This document shows, piece by piece, positions 1 to 11,158 of a DNA stretch of 64,000 bases; the first letter of the stretch is position 1; every line of letters starts with the position of its first letter. Below the pieces are notes generated by a model. The model had not been told where the DNA came from and searched no databases. It was given only the letters and a program-made list of their open reading frames with translations. The position numbers and the translations under genes were made by a program. Origin of the DNA: Bacteroidales bacterium (GTDB lineage Bacteria > Bacteroidota > Bacteroidia > Bacteroidales > VadinHA17). The stretch lies in the NCBI GenBank assembly GCA_021738535.1, contig JAIPBU010000008.1:24921-88920 (forward strand), given 5' to 3'.

Positions 1-1
1 T

Positions 2-2503
2 GATATACTTGTGTCTCAAATGACAATACAGGAGAAAGCTGAGCAGTTATTGTATAATGCTCCGGCTATACCAAGGCTGGGGATCCCTGCGTATAACTGG
101 TGGAATGAAGCTCTGCATGGTGTTGCACGCTCAGGATGGGCCACTGTATTTCCCCAGTCTATTACACTGGCAGCTTCATGGGATGAGGACCTGATGTTTG
201 AAATAGCAAGTATTATATCTGATGAAGCCAGGGCTAAGTACCATGATTATCAGCGAAGAGGCATGACAGGTATATACCAGGGTCTTACATTCTGGTCGCC
301 CAATATTAATATTTTTCGCGATCCAAGGTGGGGCAGGGGACATGAGACTTACGGAGAGGATCCATATCTTACGGGTAGACTGGGCCTGCAGTTTGTCCTT
401 GGAATGCAGGGAGACGATCCGAAATATCTGAAAACAGTTGCAACAGCCAAACATTATGCGGTTCATTCCGGACCGGAACCGCAAAGGCATGAATTTGACG
501 CACGCGTGTCAGAGGCGGATCTCAGGGAAACATATCTTCCCGCTTTTGAAACCCTGGTTAAAAAAGGTAATGTGCAATCCGTGATGGGTGCTTACAATAT
601 GTTCCGTGGTCATCCCTGCTGCGCAAATGAAGAATTATATGACATATTACGCAATGAATGGGGTTTTGACGGTTATATTGTTTCAGACTGCTGGGCAATT
701 TCTGATTTCCACCGCTTCCAGGATTATACAGATGGCCCGGCTGAATCAGCTGCAATAGCTGTAAAGAGGGGGACAGACCTTAACTGTGGTGTTACATACT
801 CCCATTTATTGGAAGCAATTAACAAAGACCTGCTCAAAGAATCAGACCTGGACAGGGCTGTCAGCAGAATAATGATGGCCCGTTTCAAACTGGGAATGTT
901 CGACCCTGACAGCCTGGTTAATTATGCAGACATACCCCTTAGTGTTAATTGCAGCGATTACCATAAAACTGTTGCCAGGCAGGCAGCCAGAGAGTCTGCA
1001 GTATTGCTTAAAAACAATGGAGTATTACCCATGGAGAGAAAGCCCTGTACAATTGCAGTGATAGGACCTAATGCTGATAATTTCGAAGCCCTGATAGGTA
1101 ATTATAACGGTATCCCTGTTGACCCGGTTACAGTGCTGAAAGGAATAAGGAATAAGGTAGGTGCAAAAACAAAAATTTTATATTCAGAAGGCAGTCATCT
1201 CGCAAAAGGAATACATAACCTGGAACCAATTCCCGGGAATTATTTATTTACAGAAGAGGGAAAACAGGGAGTATATGCAGAGTATTATGATAATACAAAC
1301 TTTGAAGGCAACCCGGTTTTTTCCCGAACAGATGATAATATAGAGTTTTACTGGGAAACCTACAGCCCGCATCCTGATATACCACATGATAACTGGTCGG
1401 TGAAATGGAGATGTAAACTGCTTGCACCCGAAACAGGTACTTATTACCTGGGTGGCTGGGGATCCTCGCACTATGACCTTTTTATTGAAGGAGAAGAATT
1501 TATTACATATAGGGGAAGCCACCATGCTTTTCACCATGAAAAAGAAATTTTCCTGGTAGAAGGCAAAGAATATGATGTTGAATTGCGGTACCGTAATATA
1601 AGCGGGGATGCAGATATTAAACTGTTGTGGTCAGAACCGCAAGAAGATATGCTGTCTTCAGCAGTAAGAACAGCTGAAGCTTCAGATCTGGTAGTCCTTG
1701 TACTGGGCCTCTCGCAAAGACTTGAGGGAGAAGAGATGTCGATTGAAATAGAGGGCTTCAGCGGAGGAGACCGCACAAACCTTAAACTTCCTGAAGTTCA
1801 GCGTGAGCTTTTCAGTCAAATTGAAAGAACAGGCAAACCTGTTGTTGTAGTGCTTATGAATGGCAGCGCACTGTCAATAAATGAAATTGACAAAAAGGCT
1901 GATGCAGTTTTGCTTGCCGGTTACCCCGGACAGGAAGGCGGCAATGCTGTGGCAGATATCCTGTTTGGCGATTATAACCCTGCAGGCAGATTGCCTGTTA
2001 CCTGGTACAAATCCGTAGATCAACTCCCGGCTTTTGAGGATTATGATATGAAAGGCAGGACATACCGTTATTTTGAAGATGAACCGCTATATCCTTTCGG
2101 CTATGGGTTAAGCTATACCTCATTTGAATATACTAATCTTGAATTGCCTTTAAAGGCAAAAATTGGTGAAGAGGTCAAAGTTGAAATTTCTGTCCGGAAT
2201 ACAGGTCAGCTTCCCGGGGATGAGGTTGTACAACTATATTTGAAAGATATTGAAGGATCAACCCCTCGTCCCATCACAGAATTGAAAAGGTTCAGAAGAA
2301 TATATCTTCAGCCCGGAGAATCGAAGTGCCTAACATTTAAATTGAAGGCTGATGACTTCTCTATGATTAATGAGAAAGGCGAAAGAGTTCTTGAAGAGGG
2401 AGAGTTTGTGATTTATATGGGAGGCAGCCAGCCGGAATTTATGGGTAAGGATAAATTAAGACCTGATAATATTCAATCCGGTACCATAAATATCAGTATG
2501 TAG
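2..2503 (+). CDS. Glycoside hydrolase family 3 (beta-glucosidase/beta-xylosidase type) with inserted PA14 domain; 5' end lies outside the window
   Basis: The reading frame is open from nt 2 (DILVSQMTIQEK...), so the GTG at 11 in the ORF track is a window-edge artefact. The signal peptide and N-terminus are missing. GH3 motifs: GIPAYNWWNEALHGV, KHYAVHSGPE, GYIVSDCWA. PA14-like insert: YAEYYDNTNFEG...DVELRYRNISGDADIKLLW. Confidence 0.9.
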   Translation, partial: DILVSQMTIQEKAEQLLYNAPAIPRLGIPAYNWWNEALHGVARSGWATVFPQSITLAASWDEDLMFEIASIISDEARAKYHDYQRRGMTGIYQGLTFWSPNINIFRDPRWGRGHETYGEDPYLTGRLGLQFVLGMQGDDPKYLKTVATAKHYAVHSGPEPQRHEFDARVSEADLRETYLPAFETLVKKGNVQSVMGAYNMFRGHPCCANEELYDILRNEWGFDGYIVSDCWAISDFHRFQDYTDGPAESAAIAVKRGTDLNCGVTYSHLLEAINKDLLKESDLDRAVSRIMMARFKLGMFDPDSLVNYADIPLSVNCSDYHKTVARQAARESAVLLKNNGVLPMERKPCTIAVIGPNADNFEALIGNYNGIPVDPVTVLKGIRNKVGAKTKILYSEGSHLAKGIHNLEPIPGNYLFTEEGKQGVYAEYYDNTNFEGNPVFSRTDDNIEFYWETYSPHPDIPHDNWSVKWRCKLLAPETGTYYLGGWGSSHYDLFIEGEEFITYRGSHHAFHHEKEIFLVEGKEYDVELRYRNISGDADIKLLWSEPQEDMLSSAVRTAEASDLVVLVLGLSQRLEGEEMSIEIEGFSGGDRTNLKLPEVQRELFSQIERTGKPVVVVLMNGSALSINEIDKKADAVLLAGYPGQEGGNAVADILFGDYNPAGRLPVTWYKSVDQLPAFEDYDMKGRTYRYFEDEPLYPFGYGLSYTSFEYTNLELPLKAKIGEEVKVEISVRNTGQLPGDEVVQLYLKDIEGSTPRPITELKRFRRIYLQPGESKCLTFKLKADDFSMINEKGERVLEEGEFVIYMGGSQPEFMGKDKLRPDNIQSGTINISM

Positions 2504-2848
2504 GTTTAAGGCCGGAAAGGGAATAAATCAACCCGGTTAATTAAAGTATATATATAAGATTTTTCTTTTTTCCTTTTGAAAAACAAAAAATGTCTCATAC
2601 ATTAGCTGATGAAAAATAAATGTAAAAAACACACTTTTAAAGTGTCCGGTTCTGAAATTAACATGAATCTTTATGCCGGCATTCTGTTGTCAGATATTGG
2701 TTCTCGAGTTTAGTCTACACAAAATCAGTAGTATAGGTTAAAAAGTTATAGTTGTTAAGAAGAAAATCAGATAAAAAATGAATAATTAGTAAAGTGTATA
2801 TAATACACTAAAAATATCACTATTCAATCAACCAAAATTTAATGAATC

Positions 2849-5800
2849 ATGAAAGAAAACATTAAGAGTATTATGAAGAGGCTTTTGGATCAGCAGAAGC
2901 TTCTTCTGGTTCTTATGCTGATTTTTTGCAGTGTGACTGCACTGCATGCACAGCAAAGAACAGTAAGCGGTACGGTTACCGATGAAAACGGTGAGCCTAT
3001 TGCCGGAGCTACTGTCCTGGTAGAAGGAACCTACAGGGGGGTAAGCACAGATCCGGATGGTAATTTTGAGATTGCCGTTAACCCTGAAGACAGTTACCTG
3101 CATATTTCATTTGTAGGGATGAAAGAGCTGCGACTTGAGCTTGGTGATGCCTCAGAATATGATGTAAGTCTCGAGTATGACGTACTGGGGCTGGATGAAG
3201 TAGTCGTAGTTGGATACGGAACACAAAAGAAGGGTGATGTTACCAGTGCCATTTCATCGGTAAAAGCTGATGAATTTGTTAAGGGAGCCAATGTGGATGC
3301 AGCCCAGCTTGTACAGGGCAAAGTAGCCGGTCTTGCTGTTGTAATGCCGGATGGTGATCCAACATCGGGATCTCAGATCATGTTACGAGGAACAAGCTCG
3401 CTGAAGGGCGGATCAACTCCATTGGTATTGATAAATGGTGTGCCTGGCAGCCTTCAGACCGTGGCGCCGGAGGATATAGAGTCCATCGATGTGCTAAAAG
3501 ACGGGTCTGCTGCTGCAATCTATGGTACCAGAGGCACTAACGGTGTGGTTATTATTACTACAAAAAGCAGCCAGTATGAAGCTGAGCCAGAAGTAGAATA
3601 CACAGGGTATACGTCTGTATCTCATATCTCAAACAACAATAAGGCTGATTTTATGCTCGCTGACGACCTCAGGCAAAGATGGGATGAAGGTTATTCATTT
3701 ACCGGGGCAAATCTCGAGGACTTTGGTGAATCAACCGACTGGGTTAATGAAATTACCAGGACAGGTATTACTCATTCTCATAACGTAAGTTTAAGGGGAG
3801 GGAGTAAAACCAGTAATTATGTTGCTTCAGTAAATTACAGGGATCAAAAGGGAACATTTATCGGAACAAACAACAATACCATAAATGGTCGCCTGGATCT
3901 GAATCATATGATGTTCGATGGAAAACTTAAGTTTAACCTGTCAACAATTCTCAGTGAGCAAAAGTATGATGCAAACGGGGATGGTTATGGTTTCAATACA
4001 AGGGCATACCGTTATGCCGTGAACCGTAATCCGACAGAGCCCATTTATGACGATGGTGATGCTAAATGGTTTGAGAGAAATGTTTACAGGTATGATAACC
4101 CGGTTGCCCTTATTGAGGAAACAATAGGACAGAATCTTTATCGCAGGGTAAGGTTTTCCGGTAGTGTTATTTATTCACCTGTTCCCGGGCTGGATATAAA
4201 AGGTATGTATACAAAGAGAGGTAATTCTGAGATCAGGGGATATTACGAGACTAAAGACAATGTTTCAACAACCAAATATGGAAGGAACGGATATGCTTCG
4301 AGGGGAGCAAATGATTATATTAATGACCTTGGCGAGATTACAGTAACATATAATAAAAGCTACGGAGATCACAGGATAAATGCTCTTGCGGGCTATAGCT
4401 ATGAAAGCCAGACCAGTGAAGGCTTCTGGATGCAGAACTGGGATTTTCCAACGGATGCTTTTTCCTATAATAATATGGGTACAGGTTTTGCACTCACAAG
4501 AGGAGAAGCCCCCCATTCCAGCAGTAAGTCAATGCAAAAGCTCATTGGCTTTTTTGCCAGGGTGAGTTATAATTATGCAGATAAATACATGGCCATGCTG
4601 AGTATGAGGCGGGAAGGGTCTTCGAAATTCGGAGAAGATAATAAGTGGGGTAACTTCCCCGGAATATCACTAGGATGGAAGATTGACAATGAACCCTTTA
4701 TGGAAAATGCTGTCCTGATCGATAACCTTAAACTGCGGGCAGGGTTTGGTATCACGGGTATTGACATTCTTAGCCCATACCAGTCGCTTAGCAGCCTGGA
4801 TTATTCAACCGGTGCTGCAATGCTTTATAACGGTACATGGGTTTACGGACTTACTCCTTCAAGAAACCCGAATCCAAACCTCAGGTGGGAGAGAAAGGAA
4901 GAATACAATATAGGACTTGACTTTTCATTTGCAGGAGGAAGAATTGGTGGTTCTGTCGATGCTTATACCCGGCTGACAAAAGATATGCTATGGGATTATT
5001 CGGTACCGGTTCCGCCATATTTGTTTGGCACAATAACAGCTAATGTGGGCCAGATAAGGAACAGGGGTATTGAAGTTTTATTGAACTTTGTGCCAGTAAG
5101 ATCCGCAAACCTTGAATGGAGATCAGATATTACATATTCAACAAATAGTAATAAACTGATATCCCTGAATAATGAACAGTTTCAGACTACCAATGACTTT
5201 TTCTATGCCGGTCATACAGGTGAACCTATTCAGACAGTTACCCACAGGATAGACATAGGAGGTCCTATCGGTAATTTCTGGGGCCTTAAAGTGGTTGATA
5301 TTGATGAAGACGGCATATGGATAGTTGAAACACCCGATGGAGAACTTATATCAGCAGCGGATGCATCCGATGCGGATAAGCAGGTTCTTGGCAACGGACT
5401 TCCAAGTCATTACCTGAGCTTCAATAATAGTTTTACTTACAAAGGATTTGACCTTAACATTAATATGAGGGGTGCATTCGGATTCCAGATCCTTAACTTC
5501 CAGAGAATGTATTATGAGAATCCTACAATCAATTATAATATGCTGAATTCAGCATTTGATGAAGTTTATGGTAAAGAAGTGCTGCAGGATGTTCAGAGAT
5601 TTGTGAGTTATTATATTGAACAGGGCGATTATATGAAACTGGATAATATAACACTGGGTTACACATTCAACACGGACAACCTTAATGCAGTGAAAAGATT
5701 CAGGGTATATGTTTCAGGAAGAAACCTTGCAACCATTACCGGCTATAAAGGAATGGACCCTGAAGTGAATATAAGAGGACTTAGTCCAGGCAATGACAGC

Positions 5801-5857
5801 AGGGATAAATATCCAACTGTTACAAGCTATACATTTGGTATTAACCTTACCTTCTAA
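2849..5857 (+). CDS. SusC/RagA-family TonB-dependent outer-membrane transporter (pair 1)
   Basis: Signal peptide ...TALHAQQ. CarboxypepD_reg-like VSGTVTDENGEPIAGATVLVEG. Canonical TonB box/plug DEVVVVGYGTQKKGDVTSAISSV. SIDVLKDGSAAAIYGTRGTNGVVIITTK. Beta-barrel C-terminus ...YTFGINLTF. Followed 5 nt later by a SusD-like gene. Confidence 0.95.
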   Translation: MKENIKSIMKRLLDQQKLLLVLMLIFCSVTALHAQQRTVSGTVTDENGEPIAGATVLVEGTYRGVSTDPDGNFEIAVNPEDSYLHISFVGMKELRLELGDASEYDVSLEYDVLGLDEVVVVGYGTQKKGDVTSAISSVKADEFVKGANVDAAQLVQGKVAGLAVVMPDGDPTSGSQIMLRGTSSLKGGSTPLVLINGVPGSLQTVAPEDIESIDVLKDGSAAAIYGTRGTNGVVIITTKSSQYEAEPEVEYTGYTSVSHISNNNKADFMLADDLRQRWDEGYSFTGANLEDFGESTDWVNEITRTGITHSHNVSLRGGSKTSNYVASVNYRDQKGTFIGTNNNTINGRLDLNHMMFDGKLKFNLSTILSEQKYDANGDGYGFNTRAYRYAVNRNPTEPIYDDGDAKWFERNVYRYDNPVALIEETIGQNLYRRVRFSGSVIYSPVPGLDIKGMYTKRGNSEIRGYYETKDNVSTTKYGRNGYASRGANDYINDLGEITVTYNKSYGDHRINALAGYSYESQTSEGFWMQNWDFPTDAFSYNNMGTGFALTRGEAPHSSSKSMQKLIGFFARVSYNYADKYMAMLSMRREGSSKFGEDNKWGNFPGISLGWKIDNEPFMENAVLIDNLKLRAGFGITGIDILSPYQSLSSLDYSTGAAMLYNGTWVYGLTPSRNPNPNLRWERKEEYNIGLDFSFAGGRIGGSVDAYTRLTKDMLWDYSVPVPPYLFGTITANVGQIRNRGIEVLLNFVPVRSANLEWRSDITYSTNSNKLISLNNEQFQTTNDFFYAGHTGEPIQTVTHRIDIGGPIGNFWGLKVVDIDEDGIWIVETPDGELISAADASDADKQVLGNGLPSHYLSFNNSFTYKGFDLNINMRGAFGFQILNFQRMYYENPTINYNMLNSAFDEVYGKEVLQDVQRFVSYYIEQGDYMKLDNITLGYTFNTDNLNAVKRFRVYVSGRNLATITGYKGMDPEVNIRGLSPGNDSRDKYPTVTSYTFGINLTF

Positions 5858-5862
5858 TAAAC

Positions 5863-7476
5863 ATGAGAACAATGAAAATATTCAGATACTTTATAACGAC
5901 AATTATCCTTTCAGGACTGATCTTTTTCAGTGGCTGTACGGATTTGAACGAGATAGTCTATAACGAGGTTACGGAGGATAGTTTTGATCCTACCACAGAT
6001 GATCTTGCTGCTCTTATTGCAACCGGCTATGCCCCACTGAGATATATAATGGGATGGCAGGGACTTTTTGATTTGCAGGAAGAACCTGCTGATGTTATGG
6101 TTACACCAACAAGACCCAACGGATGGGATGATGGAGGAACATACAAGAGGATGCACTGGCATACCTGGAATACACAGCAGTGGCAGCCCAGGAACACCTG
6201 GAGAACCTGCTATAATGGTATTAACAAAGTTAACCTGGTAATGAAGCAGATCACTGAAGGACTTGTGCCGGTGGATGACGAACTGAAGCCAGGCTTCCTT
6301 GCTGAACTCAGGGCTTTGCGTGCATTATGGTATTCCATTCTTTGTGATACCCACGGAAATGTGCCTCTGATTACATCATTTTCTGATGAAGTACCACAGC
6401 AGGCATCGAGGTCAGACGTATATAACTTTATAGTTGATGAACTCACTGATCCGGAAGTTATCGATAACCTGAGCGAGGATATTTCGATGAAAACTTACGG
6501 ACGAATGAATAAATGGGCTGCTTATACACTGCTGGCAAGAGTATATCTTAATGCAGAAGTATATACGGGAACTCCCCGGTGGCAGGCTTGTATAGATGCA
6601 TGTAATGAGGTTATTGCGGATGATAAATACATGCTTGCTGATAATTACAGGAGTATATTTGCCGTTAATAATGAATCCTGTCCGGAGATCATTTTTGCTG
6701 TGCCCTATGATAATATTTATGCCAGGCAGTGGAATATGCATATGAAAACCCTGGCTTCACAGAGCAGGGAAGTGTTTGATATGGAGGCTACTCCATGGGG
6801 CGGGGCAGCTGCTAACCCACAGTTTATTGATACTTATCATCCTGAGGATACAAGACTGGAAGATACCTGGCTGATGGGTCAGCAATATACTCCCTCAGGA
6901 GATTCAGTGTATATAAATAAACCCGATAAACCGCTGAATTTTACTAACACATTGGAGAGCCTTTTCTGGACTGAAGAATATGAAGGTTACAGGGTTGGTA
7001 AATATGAAATAGAAATTGGCTGTAAATCATCCATGAGTAATGACTTTCCTTATTTCCGTTTTGCTGACGTTCTTATGATGAAAGCAGAATGCCTGATGAG
7101 ACAGGGACATGAAGACCAGGCTGCATTGCTGGTGACAGAAGTAAGGCAGAGAGCTTTCGAAGATCCTTCGCTGGCTGAAGTAACAGGAGCTGAATTGCTC
7201 GATGATACCTCTTTTGAAAAAGGTACAATTGATGAAAATGGTAATATAGATGAACCGGGATTGCAGGCACCATTGCAGTACGGAAGATTCCTTGATGAAC
7301 TGGGATGGGAGTTTGCCGCTGAAGCTCGCAGAAGAACGGACCTTATAAGGTTCGGGAAGTTTACAAAGTATAACTGGTACAACCATGTTCCTGTTGGAGA
7401 TCATACAAAGCTGTTTATTATAGGTGAGGCTGAACTTAATACTAATCCAAACCTTCAGCAGAATCCTGGATACTAG
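5863..7476 (+). CDS. SusD/RagB-family outer-membrane lipoprotein (pair 1)
   Basis: Lipobox ...IFFSGC-TD. Position immediately after SusC. SusD-type tail ...GEAELNTNPNLQQNPGY. Confidence 0.93.
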   Translation: MRTMKIFRYFITTIILSGLIFFSGCTDLNEIVYNEVTEDSFDPTTDDLAALIATGYAPLRYIMGWQGLFDLQEEPADVMVTPTRPNGWDDGGTYKRMHWHTWNTQQWQPRNTWRTCYNGINKVNLVMKQITEGLVPVDDELKPGFLAELRALRALWYSILCDTHGNVPLITSFSDEVPQQASRSDVYNFIVDELTDPEVIDNLSEDISMKTYGRMNKWAAYTLLARVYLNAEVYTGTPRWQACIDACNEVIADDKYMLADNYRSIFAVNNESCPEIIFAVPYDNIYARQWNMHMKTLASQSREVFDMEATPWGGAAANPQFIDTYHPEDTRLEDTWLMGQQYTPSGDSVYINKPDKPLNFTNTLESLFWTEEYEGYRVGKYEIEIGCKSSMSNDFPYFRFADVLMMKAECLMRQGHEDQAALLVTEVRQRAFEDPSLAEVTGAELLDDTSFEKGTIDENGNIDEPGLQAPLQYGRFLDELGWEFAAEARRRTDLIRFGKFTKYNWYNHVPVGDHTKLFIIGEAELNTNPNLQQNPGY

Positions 7477-7523
7477 TTGAGAATAAGAGTAATTTTTTGA
7501 TTAGGTTTAATTTGGGTAATTTA

Positions 7524-7551
7524 AGCCGGGAAATTTTTCCCGGCTTTTTTA
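7524..7551 (+). terminator. Intrinsic terminator after SusD pair 1
   Basis: GCCGGGAAA / TTTCCCGGC stem around a short A/T loop, followed by TTTTTT. It lies 48 nt after the stop codon. Confidence 0.8.
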
Positions 7552-7999
7552 TTGCAGAACTTATTTTCATGATTTATAAATAAGCACGAAGAGACATAAT
7601 TTTTTTTAATTTCTATAGCTTATTAAAAAATGTTTTGTATATTGCCAGCATGTATTAAGTGTATTAATTACATTTATATATCTTAAACAAATGATGCTTC
7701 AGAGTTTATAACCGAATATCAAAGGAGGTCATTATCGGATAATATTAACAAACTAATTGTGAAAGCATTTAATTGACTAATTGTAAAATGTTAAGAGATA
7801 AATTTATAAGTGTAAATAAAACATTAAAAAATATTTGTAACTAACCCTAAATATTATTCTAAAAAAGTGCAGTTATGACATAGTATTACATGTTGGAAAA
7901 AGTGGTAATAATAAGAAGCTCTCCGGAGTAACAAAGTTTTTACCATTTGGATTACCCGAGATAAGTTATTGATAAATAATTAATTTAAACCTATTAAGT

Positions 8000-10900
8000 A
8001 TGAAACCTGGATTACAAGGGAAATTAAAATTACTGTTGTTGTTGGTCTTCCTGGTCCCGGCCACATTAATGGCCCAGGTAAGGACAATTACGGGTACCGT
8101 AACAGATGAGGGGGGAGAGACTCTTCCCGGTGTTTCGGTTATTGTGGTTGGAACTACCAGGGGAGTATCAACAGACATGGATGGAAATTATTCCATCCAG
8201 GCATCTACCGGTGAAAAGCTGGAATTCTCTTTTGTGGGAATGGAAACACAATCTCTTACCATTGAAGAGAATCAGTCTGTAATCGATGTTACCCTCAGCT
8301 CTGCAGTTGAAATACTGGATGAAGTTGTGGTAGTTGGTTATGGTGTCCAAAAGAAAGAAACCATTGCCGGTGCAGTTTCACAGGTAAGTGGTGACAAGCT
8401 TATGGATGTAAAAATGGGAGGAAGTCTTGAAAATACCCTGCAGGGGAATCTCCCTGGCCTGGTTGTTGTTATGCAGGACCCGACCCCCGGTGAAGAAGCA
8501 AATTCAATTACAATGCAGATAAGGGGTGGTGCCTCTATGGGCAATAACTCTCCCCTGATTCTGGTTGATGGTGTGGAAAGGTCATTTTCAAACCTTGATC
8601 CCAATGAGATTGCTTCAATATCAATTCTGAAGGATGCATCAGCTACTGCCGTATATGGTGTTAAAGGGGCTAACGGTGTTATTATTGTAAACACCAAGCG
8701 TGGACGAAAAGGCGCTGTCGAGCTGGATTTTTCTGCTATGACATCTATAAAAAGCCCGACGCGTTTGCCTGAATACATGAATGCCTATGAGACTCTGGAG
8801 CTCAGAAATGAAGCGTATAAAAATGATGGTATGTGGGACAGGATCATATCAGATGAGGCCCTTGAACACTACAGGTTACAGGATGCACCATATTTATATC
8901 CTGATTTTGACTGGATGGACTTTTACTTTGGTTCAGCAGTTGACCAGAATTATAACCTGAATGCCAGGGGTGGTAATGATTTTGTTCAGTATTTTGTATC
9001 TGTCGGATACCTGACTGAAGGGGATGTTTTTAAAGTGGGTGATGTATTTCCCTACGATTATGATGGCAGGAATGCTCATTACTGGCACAACAGGTACACT
9101 TTCAGGAATAATCTCGATTTTAACCTTACCAAAACAACTGAACTTGCAGTTAACCTTGGAGGATACCTTAAAGTGTGGAATAAACCTGAGGACTATTATA
9201 CCCAGGAAACCTGGTTTGAATCGGTAACAACAATGCCTTATTATCCGGAAGAAGCTGTAGAGAAGTACCCGGATCCTTTGATCCCTTATGATCAGGAAGG
9301 TAAGAGACCTTTTATTAAACCGGACCAGGGACAGGTCAGGTTGATGTGGTTAGGCGGTCGAGGATTTCACAGGATGAAGAGTAATGAAGTTACTTCTGAC
9401 ATTGATCTCACACAGAAGCTGGATTTTATTACTGAAGGCCTTTCTGCATCAGTTGGATATTCATATACTGGGAATGTTGATTATCGCCAGGTTTTCTTCC
9501 TGAGTGACTACATGGCATATAATCTCAATCCTACTGACAGCACTTGGACCCGCTACGACTTTAATGGTAATGTTAATTACGACAAGCCTCAGCCTAAACT
9601 TGATGTTTCTGCCGATGAACAGTTACGGGGAACTTTCCGCAGCCATTATTATAATGCACAGCTTAATTATGACAGGTCGTTTGGAAATCATAATGTATCC
9701 GCTGTAGGAGTATTTAGCAGAAGACAGGCCCAGTATTCCGCAAATTTCCCGAGTTACGAGGAGAACTGGGTCGGAAGGGCTACTTATAACTATGATGGAC
9801 GCTATCTTTTCGAAGCAAGTGTAGCATACACCGGATCTGAAAAATTTGCTCCGGGATTGAGATATGGTACCTTCCCGGCATTTTCTGCAGGCTGGGTGTT
9901 ATCCGAAGAAGACTTTTTCAGACAGGCTGCGCCATGGGTTAATTATTTGAAAATCAGAGCATCATGGGGTAAGGTTGGTAGTGATGCCGGTATAGCAAGG
10001 TGGCTGTACCTGTCAGAATATACCAATGGTAGTGGAGCACAGGGCTTTGGTTATCCCATGAACTATTATCCATTTATAAACGAGGGGTCTATTCCTGTTA
10101 CAGATGCCACCTGGGAAGAAGCTATCAAACGAAACATAGGCTTTGAATCCGGCTTCTTCAGGAATCTTATTACACTTAATATAGATCTATACAATGAATC
10201 ACGTGTTGGCATATTGCAGTCGCGTCGATCAGTACCTTCCTGGGTTGGAGTATCCTCAATAATGGGTAACCTGGGAGAAACAAAAGCTCATGGTATTGAG
10301 ATAGATCTTGGTATTAATAAAACATTTGCAAACGGAATGTTTTTCAGGCTGCACGGAATACTCAGTGCAAACGAGAGCAGGGTGGTCTTTTATGATGAGT
10401 CGCCAACTGTTCCTGAGAACCTGAAAGCAGAAGGTAAACCTGTAGGTCTGGCTCAGAGAATGAATTACTATACACCGACCATGGGTATTCAAAGTACCGG
10501 GTTCTACCAGGACTTTGATGAATTGTTTATGTACCCGCTAGCCAGCGGACCACAGCCTATTGTTGGTGATTTCAAGTATCTGGACTATAATGGTGATGGT
10601 GTTGTTAACAGCCAGGACAGGGTGGTTTCAACTCATCCATTCGTACCTGAGGTAACATGGAGCGGAAGCGTTGAGGTAGGTTATAAAAGCTTATCACTGA
10701 GAGCTGACTTTTACGGAATCAGTTCAGCCCAGTTCCCGATGAGGCAGGGTGGTATGTTCTACCTGTATCCTTTTACCCAGAACAAGGATAATGCATACGA
10801 TATACATGCTGATCACTGGACTCCTGACAACAGGGATCCTTTATATCCCGCTGTACACTCACTTGCAACAAACCAGTATAACTACCAGATTAACAGCTTT

Positions 10901-11143
10901 AGTATACTGGAAGCAAGGTATACCAGGTTAAGGAACCTTTCACTTAATTACCAGTTAAGTGATAACAATGTTCTGAGAACAATTGGCGCTAAATCGGCTA
11001 CTTTTACTGTAACAGGCACCAATCTCTTTACATGGACACCTTTCTTCCTGGGAGGCGATCCGGAAGGTTTCAACATGGGAGTTGATTTTGGTGCTTACCC
11101 GATGATGAAGCGATTCAACTTTGAGTTAAGAGTTACCTTCTAA
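8000..11143 (+). CDS. SusC/RagA-family TonB-dependent outer-membrane transporter (pair 2)
   Basis: Signal peptide ...ATLMAQ. ITGTVTDEGGETLPGVSVIVVG. TonB box/plug LDEVVVVGYGVQKKETIAGAVSQV. SISILKDASATAVYGVKGANGVIIVNTKRG. C-terminus ...FNFELRVTF. Confidence 0.95.
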   Translation: MKPGLQGKLKLLLLLVFLVPATLMAQVRTITGTVTDEGGETLPGVSVIVVGTTRGVSTDMDGNYSIQASTGEKLEFSFVGMETQSLTIEENQSVIDVTLSSAVEILDEVVVVGYGVQKKETIAGAVSQVSGDKLMDVKMGGSLENTLQGNLPGLVVVMQDPTPGEEANSITMQIRGGASMGNNSPLILVDGVERSFSNLDPNEIASISILKDASATAVYGVKGANGVIIVNTKRGRKGAVELDFSAMTSIKSPTRLPEYMNAYETLELRNEAYKNDGMWDRIISDEALEHYRLQDAPYLYPDFDWMDFYFGSAVDQNYNLNARGGNDFVQYFVSVGYLTEGDVFKVGDVFPYDYDGRNAHYWHNRYTFRNNLDFNLTKTTELAVNLGGYLKVWNKPEDYYTQETWFESVTTMPYYPEEAVEKYPDPLIPYDQEGKRPFIKPDQGQVRLMWLGGRGFHRMKSNEVTSDIDLTQKLDFITEGLSASVGYSYTGNVDYRQVFFLSDYMAYNLNPTDSTWTRYDFNGNVNYDKPQPKLDVSADEQLRGTFRSHYYNAQLNYDRSFGNHNVSAVGVFSRRQAQYSANFPSYEENWVGRATYNYDGRYLFEASVAYTGSEKFAPGLRYGTFPAFSAGWVLSEEDFFRQAAPWVNYLKIRASWGKVGSDAGIARWLYLSEYTNGSGAQGFGYPMNYYPFINEGSIPVTDATWEEAIKRNIGFESGFFRNLITLNIDLYNESRVGILQSRRSVPSWVGVSSIMGNLGETKAHGIEIDLGINKTFANGMFFRLHGILSANESRVVFYDESPTVPENLKAEGKPVGLAQRMNYYTPTMGIQSTGFYQDFDELFMYPLASGPQPIVGDFKYLDYNGDGVVNSQDRVVSTHPFVPEVTWSGSVEVGYKSLSLRADFYGISSAQFPMRQGGMFYLYPFTQNKDNAYDIHADHWTPDNRDPLYPAVHSLATNQYNYQINSFSILEARYTRLRNLSLNYQLSDNNVLRTIGAKSATFTVTGTNLFTWTPFFLGGDPEGFNMGVDFGAYPMMKRFNFELRVTF

Positions 11144-11158
11144 TCTGAAAATTATAAT

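Noticed and set aside
1-13. TGA at 1-3 and GTG at 11, apparently defining a complete GH3 gene that lacks a signal peptide
   Set aside because: The TGA is in a different frame. The GH3 frame is open from nt 2 and reads DILVSQMTIQEK, which matches the conserved region downstream of the missing N-terminus. The gene is simply cut by the window edge.
7552-7999. Long AT-rich intergenic region that might hide a tRNA, sRNA or small gene
   Set aside because: There is no cloverleaf-compatible GC-rich stem set, no ORF of meaningful length and no strong hairpin. It is most simply the promoter and 5' UTR region of the second SusC. A TACCATTTG near 7944 is only an approximate -7 box.
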